Shown piece after piece: positions 24,460-36,352 of a DNA stretch of 64,000 nucleotides; the stretch's first letter is position 1, and each line of letters begins with the position of its first letter. The notes beneath the pieces were generated by a model. The model saw nothing but the letters and a program-made list of their open reading frames with translations. It had not been told where the DNA came from and made no database searches. The position numbers and the translations under genes were made by a program. This DNA comes from Camelus ferus (Eukaryota). Location of the stretch: assembly GCF_009834535.1 (NCBI RefSeq), contig NC_045705.1, positions 55,366,001 through 55,430,000 on the forward strand, given 5' to 3'.

Positions 24460-25570
24460 TAGAACTGTTTCTCTCTTCTCCTTCTGCAAAAGTTATTCTT
24501 CTTAATGTTGTCCCTAGGTCCTTTAACGTATCCTCACTTTTTAAAAAGGAGATAAGTAATTGACCAGAAAAAAGAGTTCAAAATAAGGCTCATAAACATG
24601 CTTACTGAACTTGGGAGCTAAATGAATAAATACAGTGAGATCTTTAACAAAGATATGGAAAACATAAGACAATACCAGATAAAAGTCACATAGCAGAATA
24701 CAATAACTAGACTAGGAAATACACTAGTGAGGTTCAACTGCAGACTAGATGAAACAGAAGAACAGATCGAGAGCAGGAAGACGAAACACTGGAACTCACT
24801 TAGAGCAGCAAAAAGGAAAAGTAATTTTTAAAAAATGAAGATACCTTAAGGGACTTAAGAGTCTTTTTGTCTTGTTTTTTCATCTGGAACATATTCCTCT
24901 GTATCCTCATTTTACCCCTTTGTGTTTGTTTCTATGTGTTAGGTGAAACAGCTACCTCTCCCAGTCTTGACACAGTGGCCTTGGGACCCAAAAGTGCAAC
25001 CTGGCTTGGCCATCAGAGCCAGACATTCACGGGATGTTCCCTGTGTGACTACATGTGTGGGTCACAGCAATAGCAAAGGGGGCAGGGTACTTCCTGTGTT
25101 TTGGTGTAGCTGTGGTTTAGTGGGGCAGGGCCCTCCCCCAGCTGGCTTGTTGAATGGCTGCTGTGCAGGGTCTGGGGCAGGCACACTGGCTGATACTATG
25201 AAGTTAGAGGGACACTTCCATAATGGCACCCACCAGTGCTGGCACTAGCAAGATAGATGAGATTGCAAAAATGGTGCGCACCATCACCCCTGACCCCAGA
25301 GACATTCCCAGCAGATTCCTGCCTCTCTGGCAGATGCTTTAAGATTAGTAAGTGGGTCTTCTTCACACATGGTCTAGGTGCTTTTCAGACTGCTACTTTT
25401 GGTCCAGGTACTGAGGTAAATCTGTGTGCAAGCCCTTTAAGAGCAGGTGTTTTGTTTCCTACAGTTCTGTGGTTCTCCTGGACATAATATCGATTTGTTT
25501 TCAAAGCCAGATATCTTGAGGACTCATCTCTACAGTGCTGAACTCAAGGGTTGGGGTGCTTAATGTGGGC
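24460..25570 (-). mobile_element. L1 5' UTR plus ORF1 start, with an internal inverted segment at 24548-24856
   Basis: Minus: ATG at 24910 MRIQRNMFQMKNKT; plus 24549 onward: EISN*PEK/EFKIRLINMLTELG...KNEDTLRD; minus 24547 downward: KSEDTLKDLGDNIK. Confidence 0.85.
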
Positions 25571-27436
25571 ACAGACCCCTTGTTCCTCAGGGAAAAGGTT
25601 TTTTTTTTTGTCTTTCATTATCTTATACTGATTCCTGAAATTCTTCATCTTCTCATGCTGTTTGTTTTGTATAATAATTATAGTTATTTTCCAATCCAAC
25701 TATCTGATTCTCTTTTGAAAACTTTTTTTGTTTGCTTCTTTGTTTTGTTAAATTTTGCTTATTTTATATGTGGTTATTTATTTATTTTTCTTGAAGGCTG
25801 GGCTTTATGAAGGACACCTTGTCAGGGTACTTTTAGGCCATCAATATTATTAGCCTCACCATGAAGAGTTTCACTTTAGTTCTGATAGGTGGTTAAAGTA
25901 AGAATACCTTACCTCATTTTAATTAGAAATTGAGCTAATTCTAAGACAGACCACATACTTTGTGATGACTGGTTTATTTCTGATTTACCTTTACTCTCGG
26001 CATTCCTTTGGTGGTCTGTTTCTGCTATTCCTTGGTAAACTCTGAGCTCCAACGCTCAATCCTACCCAATGCCATAAATACTGCTAAAGCTCTCTTCATA
26101 TTACTAGCCTTTCTGGGAGCTTTTCTAAATTAAAAAAATGCAAAAAACATGCTGAGGAAAAAAGCCACCAAAGGCAAGCTTTATCTCTTTTAGCTTTTTC
26201 AGATTTTCTGAAATCCTGACCCTATTTATCTTTGCTAATTTGTTAGTAATCCAATGCCTTAAAACATATGTTTTAAATATTTTGTCCATTTTTCCTAGTT
26301 TTTTTCCCCCTTGGAAAAAGCATTAATTGGAAACACCTACCTTATCATTACTGAAAGTAAAAATCCACCAAATATTGTCTTAAAATTTATGTTATCATAA
26401 TCAAGTTATCAATAATTATTTGACTAAACTATAGCTTTTGTTGATTTCCTTTGCACACTAATTATGGTTTTATACCACAAAATACTATTTTTTAATGTTT
26501 CCTTTAAAAATTGCTGCAGTATATTTTTTAAAAGTTTCCCCTTTGAAAAAAGTTTCAATTAAAATCTTAGTTATGTTTTTGAAAATGTCTTTATTTTGCC
26601 CTTGAATATGTATAATGGGTTAAATGAGCACTGACTTCTAAGTGCAAAATTATTTTCCATCAGGACATTAAGATTTTTTCTTAGTATCCACGTTTGCATT
26701 TGAGATTCTACATCAATCAGGTGATGTTTTTCTTTTATTTGTGTTATTTTTTTCTACTTGTTTCAGTTGAACTTTCCTTCTCTTTTTCTTGTCATTTTTT
26801 CCCCCTGGGGAATGTTTTAAGATTTTCTCTTTATCCATTGTGTTTACAACTTTCACCAAATAGTATCTAAGTCTCCCTTGGCCCTAATAGAAACTCTCTT
26901 AAGTCTTGAATAATTTTTCAGCTCTGAAAACTTTATTATTTCCCCTTCTTTATTTTTATTTCACTTTCTAAAACTATTATATAGATATTGGATTTTCTGG
27001 ATTAATTGTCTATGTCCGTTTACTTTTATGTTCTAGTGTCTGCTTCTGTCTTTTTATAGTATTTTGGTTACAACTGTTTTGTTTATATCTCACAGATAAA
27101 ATCACTTCCAAACAAAGTCCATTATATTACTGTTATTTTATTGTTTTAAAATATGGTGGTATATTTTCAGAACTCTTTACTGATCTGGAATGGCAATTTT
27201 TGCCGGTAAACTACTTGCATTTCAATAATTTAATATGTTTCTATGTAAATCACACCATGACTCTCCCAGGAGTGAGAGGGCAGTCTGTTATTGCTGCTGT
27301 GTGTACCAGGATTTTCAGCAAGCAACCATTGCCTTAGCATGTGCAAAAATTTGGGAATACTATGATATTTTGGGAACTCCAAATTCCAAAATGAAGGAAG
27401 CATTATTTGTAAAGGAGGATACTTTAATTTAATATA

Positions 27437-27932
27437 TAGGGACACCTGGGAGATATTGGGGATTTGGATCCAGACCATCACAATAAAATGAATATTGCAA
27501 TAAAACGAGTCACACAAACTTTTTGATTTCTGAGGGCATATAAAAATTATTTTTACACTATACTATTTAGTGTTCAATAGCATCATATCTAAAATATCAA
27601 TGTACATACCTTAATTAAAAAGTGATTTGTAAAAAAAAAAAAAAGAATATGAAAAAAAAAAGTGATTTGTAGCTAAAAAATGCCAAAGCAATTATAGTAG
27701 TAACATCACAGATCACTGATCCCAGATAACCATAAAAAATATAATAATAATATGTTTGAAATATTGCAGGAATTACCAAAATGTGACACATAGACATGAA
27801 GTGAGCAAATACTGTTGGAAAAATGGCACTTACAGACTTGCTTTGTGCAGAATTGCCACAAATCTTCAATTAAAAAAATGCAGTATCTGCAAAGCACGAT
27901 AAAGCAAAGAGCAATAAAATAAAATATGTCTG
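27437..27932 (+). mobile_element. Internally deleted Tigger1 (TcMar) with both termini and TA flanks
   Basis: 5' end 'gacacctgggagatattggggatttggatccagaccatcacaataaaatgaatattgcaataaaacgagtcacacaaac'; 3' end 'gtatctgcaaagcacgataaagcaaagagcaataaaataaaatatgtctg|ta'. Confidence 0.9.
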
Positions 27933-28504
27933 TACTCTGGGAGAGGAGTCTCTTTAATTTTCTTCCTTTTGTTATGGATTCTAATCTGTTATTCATTATG
28001 ACTTTACCAGTCTTGTCAATGTACTCCCCTTAAATAGTGATTGGCACAAAATAATACTTGTATTTTGAGTGAATGAATGAATTTCTAAACCTTCTTTTTG
28101 GTTGATCTTCTTGCTTGTACCTAATTAGTGTGCATATTGAAAAGTAAGTGTTTCTAGAGGAAGACAAATATGGTTTCAAGATGTCTGGAATCTCAAAAAA
28201 ATTTAAAATAAATTGAAGATATTTAGAATTGGAAAGATTATATGGAATAGCTGCAAGTAATTGTCTTTTGTATACATTTACCCACACTAAGTACATAATA
28301 TATGGTGAAAGGAAAAGTTATAGAAAATTAGATTTGGGGTCAAATAATGTATTTATTCATGCATATAGAAATCTTTAGTAACATAATAAGATAATTGTCA
28401 TTAGATGTATTCAAGCAAAGGGAGAATGACGTGTGTCATAAATGCTGCTGTCTGGAAATTGGGCTACATGGTCACTGAATTCCTTCCAACTCTTTTCTTT
28501 TAAA

Positions 28505-28650
28505 TGAAATATAGTTCTTTTACCAGTTTTATATTATATTAGTTTCAGGTGTATAGCATAGTCATTCAGTATTTTTGTAGAATATACTGCATTAAATGTG
28601 TTACAAGATGATGGCTATAATTCCTTCTGCTATACAATATATACATTGGT
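28505..28650 (-). mobile_element. Short L1 3' end
   Basis: 'ttatattagtttcaggtgtatagcatagtcattcagtatttttgtaga...gttacaagatgatggctataattccttctgctatacaatata'. Confidence 0.75.
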
Positions 28651-31349
28651 AGAAGTCTTACTATTTCCTGAGGAAGACTCCTACATCACTTAGAACAGAA
28701 AAGTTTTTCTACTATTGTACAGAGGTGTGCTTGCCTGTAATATTATCTTTGGTCTTTGTCATGTCAGCATCATGCAGTCTTCTTCCTCTATTGCCTAAAT
28801 TACATTTATTTTTTCCCCCGCTGCCCTTCTTCCTTTTCATGACAGTTTGCAAATCTCTTTGGTTTCAGAAGTCTAAAGAGTGAGATAATTCAATCTTCCT
28901 TATTCAACCACCCTCCTATCGTGTAGCATCTGTGCATTTTATATATATATTTTTTTCTGAATCACCCAAACTCACTCTGATGCTCAGTATTTTAAAATCT
29001 CTATCCATAACTGATCTAGCTCAGAATTACTGTACTGCATTGGTTAGTGAATTCTTTGGGGATTTTCCAAGCAAAGGAGAAAATTTCTTTGGGGCTTTCC
29101 AGATAGATACCCCAAAGGTCTCTGATGAGAGAAGAGGTAAATTTAGCTTTGTTGAAACTAGATCTATATTTAGAATATATTTGAGAAGGGGGAGAAAACC
29201 TTAATAATTATCTTCGAATTTTAACAACTTTTCTCTACTGGGACATAGGAACTGTGTCTGGTATACATTGAAGTATAGACCTCCATTTATATCTGACTTC
29301 CCGGAGTGCTTTAATTCCAGCCTCATAACTTTTGTCATAGCTTTAACTACATTCCATGTAAGGGGCCCAAAGCTTTCTCAAAAACATTGAGTGAACAATT
29401 TCAGGATCTTCTGCGCCAGAGGCTCATTAAAATACATTTTATGTACTAAGGAAGGTTGTATGTTTATTTGAAATATTGCACTCTTAAGTGCATTGCTTTT
29501 CATTCCTGTTCCCCTCTACCTCACTAGAAGTACAGCATTCTTCAAAGTTGTAATTCCATTTAGTAGATCTTGATCAAATCTAAGGAAACCTAGAAGACTG
29601 GATGAAATATCATCCCTGGGGTTTGTAGAAGTGAGTGCAGACTAATGGAGGTTGAAAACAGCAAGAAGTGATCTGGTATAATGGTTCATCTTTCTTCCAG
29701 AATAGGCAGTGACAAGGGGCAGACACCCAGCAAATCAAGACTTTTCATTGGCAATGGATGAACCCCATTTCCAAAGCACATAAAACAAAATAAAACAAAA
29801 CAAACTCCAATCAGAAATCTTCTGCCCCAGAGTGAGAGTTTTCAATTATTAGAAATCTGGTGAAGTACATCTTCATTCCTGAGCAGAGAGCTACATTAAA
29901 TGAAAAGCCTAGAGGCAAAACTTCCTCTTGAAATATGCTGAGGTACATTATTGATAGCATTAGGTAAAATGATTTCAATAAAATAAATAGTAAACTAGCA
30001 GATGGTAGATGTGCTTCAAGTCCTAGGCTCTGCTGAATCGTTCCTCAAGGTAGAAAATCTTTGAATGTCAATATACCTACTTAAAGTCTTTTTTTTTTTT
30101 TTTTGGCTTTTTGTCTGTTTTACTAGTTAAAGACTATATCAAGGAAGTATACGTGGTTATAAATATAATGAATATATTAATTTCTTATATTCTTATGATG
30201 TAAATGATGCATAGTATGAAACTTTAAGCAAAGTCTGTTTATCCACATATGATTTATAATATGTACATTAGCAGGAAGGATTTGACAGTATGTACCAAGA
30301 TGTCTAGTAAAGATGATTCTTCTATGTTTAAGAGTGGATTTAGAAGGAAAGAAATGGATAGGAGTTCCAATTGATAAGAGGAAACCAGAAAATTCTTTGT
30401 TTTTTTCTCATCATATAACTGAACACAGGTTTAATATTAGGTAAATGAGATGTAACTCCTAGAAGAAAACATAGGGAAAATGCACCTTGACATTACTTGC
30501 CAGTAATACTTTGAATATGGCATCAAAAACTCGTTCACGTTCTAAATGTATATGAAATCACCGAATTATATGCTTTAAAATGTACACTTTTATTTGTCAA
30601 TTATACATCAATAAATCTGGAAAAAATAAACAGTAAAATAAATAACTGATAATATAATTTACTTTGAAATACAACAGAGCACCAAGAGCCTGCACAATAC
30701 TTTTAGAGCAGTAAAAGCAAATGAACAAATGGCTGCAGAGCACACAACTGTAGGAATAACACCATAATTTAGTCATTCTCTTGTTGATGAAACAGTATGT
30801 GCTTTGTATTTTTGTAGTTTTGGTTTTTTGAGTGTGTAAATTTTCATGTTGCTTTTTGAAGAGGGAGAATATAAGTTGATTACTTTATCTACAGAATATC
30901 AAGGTACATAGTAAAATTATAGCAATAAAGACTGTGTAGACCTGAAACAAAATAAACCCTCTGAATGGGAAGGAGTGTCTAGAAACTAATCCACACGCGT
31001 GATTCATATTACACAACCAAAATAAACTGTATTGTAATTTGTAATTAGAATGATGAGACAATATTTTTAGGAGATAGCATATATTGGTAAGTTAGAAACC
31101 TTTAGACCCTAAAACTTTTCTTAAAAATGACACAAAAGGTGAAAATATCTAATTTAAAAGATTGTTTCCTTGTTTTTACATTAACGAATTGGTATGATTT
31201 TTTGAAAAACATTTTGTAATCTTGAATACACGCACTACTTTTCCTACAAATTCTTCTGTCTCTGTAGTGTACAGGAATACTTGTTTTAAGCTCACCAGAA
31301 ATGTTTATAGGAATGTCTCTATAGAAATTTTTTTGTATAATCAAAAAAG

Positions 31350-32070
31350 TAACAAAAACATAAAATACAATAAAGTTAAGAAATTTTGTTCATCAAAATA
31401 CAACATTTTAAGTTAAGAAAAGTGGAAACCACAGATTAGAGGAAAATACATGCCAATATATGTAACTGACAAAAGGATTCCAAAATGTATAAAGGAATCC
31501 TATATACCAATAATAAAAATAAAATTCTAAGGAGATATTGGCAAAAGTCTTTAGCTGTTACCCATTGCCTCAAAAACAAGGTATTCAATAGCCAAGAACT
31601 TACGAAAATGTTTTCCATCTTTTTCATCATTGGGAAAATGCAAATTAAAATCCTGATGAGATACCACAAGTCTGACACTACCATGTGTTGGGAAGAATGT
31701 GGAATAGCTGCAATTCTCACACTGTTGGTAAGAGTTTAAGCTGGTGCAACCACCTTGGAATACAACTGATACCATATACCAAAAGTGAAGCTAAAAATAC
31801 TGTATGATCTAGAAATAGCATTCTTGGTTATTAAACCAAAAAATGTGCAAATATTTGCTCCAAAAGACATATACAAGAATGTTTATAGCAGTATTATTCA
31901 CAGGAGTTTACCAAACAAGTCTTCAAGAGTACAATCAATAATTAATTGTTGTCTATTCACAAATCAGAATATTATACAGGAATGAAAATGATCCAAGTAA
32001 TGCTTCATACATCAACATGGATAATTTTAAAAATAATCATTGCCATTTTTAAAGCTCAGAACAAAGCACA
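31350..32070 (+). mobile_element. Old L1 3' region (L1MC/L1ME-like)
   Basis: 'tcatcattgggaaaatgcaaattaaaatcctgatgagatacc', 'actgttggtaagagtttaagctggtgcaaccaccttggaa', 'gtatgatctagaaatagcattcttgg'. Confidence 0.85.
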
Positions 32071-32129
32071 CTCTTCTGAAATTTGGCATTGCAGCATATA
32101 AATCTACATTTCTTTTTTATTTTACCTTC

Positions 32130-32250
32130 TCCCATTTCCTTCCCTTCCCCTCCTTTCTCTTCTCTGGCCTCTCCTCTTGTTTCTTTCTTTCTTTTTCTTT
32201 CTTTCTTTTTTTTTTTTTTTTACCATTCTTATCTTCTCTTTTATTTTCTT
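32130..32250. repeat. Pyrimidine-rich low-complexity tract
   Basis: Direct reading (CT/TTTC/T runs). Confidence 0.8.
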
Positions 32251-35200
32251 TACATGTAATCTGCTATTTCCTGTTTATACCTGAACTGAATTTCCATTTT
32301 GATCATTATTGTAATTCAAATATTTTAAAACTGCTTATTGTCACGAGTCTCTTGAAGTGTTTTTTTCTCTGTGTGTGGCATGCTCTTTAAACTTGCGTAC
32401 ATGCATCAATATTAACTTTAGATAGATTATTTTCTATATGGCTTTCAGTATTTTTGTGTTCCAGTCATTCCAATCTCTGCTTTTATTATCACCAGGGATA
32501 TTTATTTTGCTTCTTCACTCTCTGTCTTTTATCTTCTCTCAAAATTGTCTCCTCATCTTACTTGTCCACTGTATTCTATAACAGCTTGCATTATTTACTA
32601 ATTACTAATTTATAATAATTGCTAATTGAAAAACATAAATTATTTTATTTGCTCCTTAATCATAGCCTTTGATTTTTACTGTTTTTCTTTTCCTAATTAA
32701 ACTTTCTTTTACTCATTTATTGTTGTTTGATACTACCCTGTTACTTTATTATTTCATTCTCTAATGTGGCCTATGCATGGTATCTCTGTCCTATGATTTT
32801 CTTCCTCCCTTTTCATAGATTATATGAAATTATGCCCATTTGAAACCTTTTTAAAAATAGTCTTTTTAATGTAACAGAGAATATTTTATATTCCTGCAAT
32901 AATCTTTTCATTTTCCTGTGTGTTATTTCTTCTCTCTTCTTTATTGGGATATTATTATAGGTTCCATATAATTATTATTGTTTGTGGTAATATTGCTTTT
33001 CCTTTGTCTTCACCTCTGACCAGAGTTACATCTGTCTCTTCTGAGTGTTTTTCAGCAAACATGGAACATTCATATATGTGTTTTTTTTCACTCTCATCCC
33101 TGCCATACTTAGACATGGAGGGCAGAAAAATATGTAGGTTCCTACACCAATGTCAGTTTCTTAGCAAAGTTTGATCAGTGTCCCTCTTCTCCTTGAGGGA
33201 TTGTTCTTCTCCCAACATGGCTGTTAGTGTACAATGTATAATTCCAAGAAGTTTCTTAAATCAAAGTTTATCCTACCCATACCCCCACCTATGGTAATTA
33301 TTAGTAAAGACTTATGGACTAAATGTATTAATATATACACTTATATATTTCTTTCTCCCTTTCAGTGCCTACTTCTTGTCTAATTGTTTTCTATATTTGC
33401 AATCTTCCCCAGTATGATGAAAGCAGGAGTATATGTTTATCTGTGTAGGGTAGGGAATTAAGAGAAATGCATAAAATGTCAAGATAGGCACTTCTACTAC
33501 TATGTAAAGAAAATAACTGAATGTATATAGAGAGATAACTGCCAGAAAATGTCTTTGTATGCTTCTATCTTCGTGGATCCATCTATAGTGATATGTATTG
33601 CACTAGTGTTTCCTTGAATTATCATAGTAATAACCTTTTTTCTGTGTCTTTGGGCTGGTGGTCACAGATATCTTAGTTCTCAAAGACAGTATGGTGATTC
33701 CAGATTCTAGGCTGCATGCTTGTCCCTCCTTTACACATAGGCAATAGGTCTCCAACCCTGCAGAATTAATTTGAATAAAGATTTTGTGTAGGCTGCAAAT
33801 TCGCATCTCCTGCTTGCCTCTGTGATCTCCCTTTTATGTTTTTTATTTTTATATTTTTTTGTAATCTCCCTATTAATTTCTGAAATCTTTATTTTTTTCT
33901 TTTAGTTTTACTCTCTATAATTTCAGGCATATATTTATTTAATCTAGTATTTTTGCCTGTGTTTGGAGTGTTGAGGAAATTGTATGCTTCTGTTTATATT
34001 TATGCCATACCCTTGCTAGAAACTCTCAAAATATCAACTAAGTCTGATCTAATAATACCTATACTAGCATTTTTAGTGCAGTATAAGTTCATAAATCTCT
34101 ATATCACATGTCATACTATTCAAAATTTCTAGCAGAGATATAGTGTACTTGTCTAATTACTTTCAATGATGCAATTCAATATTAATAAAATGTGCATTAA
34201 AATGCACATTTCACAAATACCAGTAGTGATATAAGGTTTGGATTGACAATAAAATTTATAAGTCTCAGAAAGCTTTCATCCAGAACTAGATTTCCCTAGT
34301 GTACAGAAGTGTATAGGGAATAGAAATTAGTATACAGTGTATCCTCAGGCTTGTTAATTGCCCAGCAATGACCCAAGTGTACATTCCTAGCTTTCCATAT
34401 TTTACTGCATGGGAACAGGGCCTGATTACAGGAGACAAAGGCAATCAATGTTTGGGAATGACTTAGTCATTATGTAAACTTTCTTTGAGTGATCAACTTC
34501 ACTTTAGAGTCAAATTCTAGAAGAAGATTTTCAACTGTGGTGACTGAGCTTAAGAAAAAAATTTTTTTTTTCTATGAATCCAGCCAAAGCCAAATGTTCA
34601 TAGATCTTGCTAGTGAATCTCTTCTATTTTCTATTAGTTTACGATTATTTCAAATACTTGCTCCATGTCTTGTCCTTAGGAAATTGTTCTAAGTTTTTAT
34701 GGCTCTATTCCCTTGCTTATCTTCCCATTTTTCATTTAGATCATATTGATACAAACATATGAATATTATTCTCCTTAATAGTGGAAATTCAATACTACTT
34801 GGATAGATGTGATATAGTTTACATAACTGCACCAAGTTGTACAAAATCATGCGGTGAAAGGAACAGTGGGGGCAAATGAAGTCACTAAAACATACGAAGG
34901 ACCTCATGAAACAGAGCCTGAGATTTCTTTTTCTATGAATTTCTCCCAAGAAGAGGTGAATCTCCAACAAAGGATCAGGAAATCTTTTTTTTTTAAAATA
35001 GTGTGCACCCCATGTGAGATTTGTTCAACGTACAAAACACACTAGAACTTTAAGCAACACAGTTATTTAAAACAGCTTTGAAATTACTGTGGAACTCCTT
35101 TTAAGAAAAGAATCCTCAAATTCAGGAGGCATGTTTCTTATTTATTTAATGAATTTCTGTCATTGATGAGTCCTACAAAATAGTCAGCTAATATTATAGC

Positions 35201-35269
35201 AGATATTTAATGAATATTGCTTTCTGCAATGAAACCAGTTGGTTTAAAATTTACACTCAAGAGTCTCAC

Positions 35270-36280
35270 CTAAAACATTCCTTGGTTTTCCTTGCTTTTA
35301 AATATTAATGCATTAATCTGTTTCATAGCAAAGACATCTTTTTCTTTAAAAAATAACTTGATGACTCCTTCCCAGATCTGCTTAGTCTTGACTCCATAAA
35401 CAATTGGATTCAGGGTAGGAGGTAACATCAAATAGAGGTTAGCAATAATGATATGGACATGGTCGGGAATGTTTTTTTCCCTAAAACGGTGAGTAAAAAT
35501 GGTGAATAAGGCTGGAACATACGTGATAACAATAGCACATATGTGAGAAGTACAGGTGCTGAAGGCTTTGTGACGAGCATCTGCAGATGACAGGCTCACC
35601 ACTGCCCGCAGGATCATAGTATAAGACACAGAAATACAGAAGATATCAAAGCCTCCAATCAGGAGGGCTGCCAAGAGACCATAGATAGCATTGACCTTGA
35701 AATTGCCACAGGACACTTTGGCCACAGACATGTGGTCACAGTAGGTGTGGGGAATGAGGTTGCCTCGACAGTAGGGCAGACGCTTGGTAAGGAACGTGAA
35801 TGGGATGATGAGTATCGCACCCCATAGGAAAGTGGCAAGACCAGCTTTGGCAATGACAGGGCTGGTGAGGATGGTGGCATAGCGTAAGGGGTAGCAGATG
35901 GCCACGTAGCGGTCCAGGACCATGAGCATGAGCACCCCTGACTCCATCCCAGTCAACATGTGGACAAAAAACATCTGAGCCAGGCAGGCATTGAAGTCAA
36001 TCTCCTTGAGGCTGAACCAGAATATGCACAGCATATTGGGTACAGTGGTGGTGCCCAGGGTGACATCAGTGAAGGAGAGCAGGGCCAGAAAGTAGTACAT
36101 GGGCCGGTGCAGGGCCTCCTCCTGGCTGATGAGGTAGATGAGCCCACAGTTCCCCACAATAACAATGATGTACGTGAAGCAGAATGGCAGGGAGATCCAG
36201 ATGTGTGCAGCTTCCAGCCCAGGAACACCATTCAAGATAAAGAATTCTGGGTTCAGGCTGGAGATATTGGCCCCGGACAT
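35270..36280 (-). CDS. OR52N2: Class I olfactory receptor 52N2-like, 336 aa, open frame
   Basis: True ATG at 36280 (MSGANISSLNPEFF; the ORF track starts at a TTG); LHRPMYYFL, DRYVAICYPLRY, KAFSTCTSH, PPTLNPIVYGVKTKQI; close match to recalled human OR52N2. Confidence 0.93.
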   Translation of the reverse strand: MSGANISSLNPEFFILNGVPGLEAAHIWISLPFCFTYIIVIVGNCGLIYLISQEEALHRPMYYFLALLSFTDVTLGTTTVPNMLCIFWFSLKEIDFNACLAQMFFVHMLTGMESGVLMLMVLDRYVAICYPLRYATILTSPVIAKAGLATFLWGAILIIPFTFLTKRLPYCRGNLIPHTYCDHMSVAKVSCGNFKVNAIYGLLAALLIGGFDIFCISVSYTMILRAVVSLSSADARHKAFSTCTSHICAIVITYVPALFTIFTHRFREKNIPDHVHIIIANLYLMLPPTLNPIVYGVKTKQIWEGVIKLFFKEKDVFAMKQINALIFKSKENQGMF

Positions 36281-36285
36281 GATGG

Positions 36286-36352
36286 CTGACAAGAAGAGGG
36301 CATTTTACATTCTTTGTCAGCAATTGCTTTCTGCAGAGGAGAGAAAGAGGTG
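36286..36352 (-). promoter_or_regulatory. Two tandem splice acceptors upstream of the OR52N2 ATG
   Basis: Minus strand 'cctctttctctcctctgcag|' (AG 36332-36331) and 'ccctcttcttgtcag|ccatcATG' (AG 36287-36286). Confidence 0.6.
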
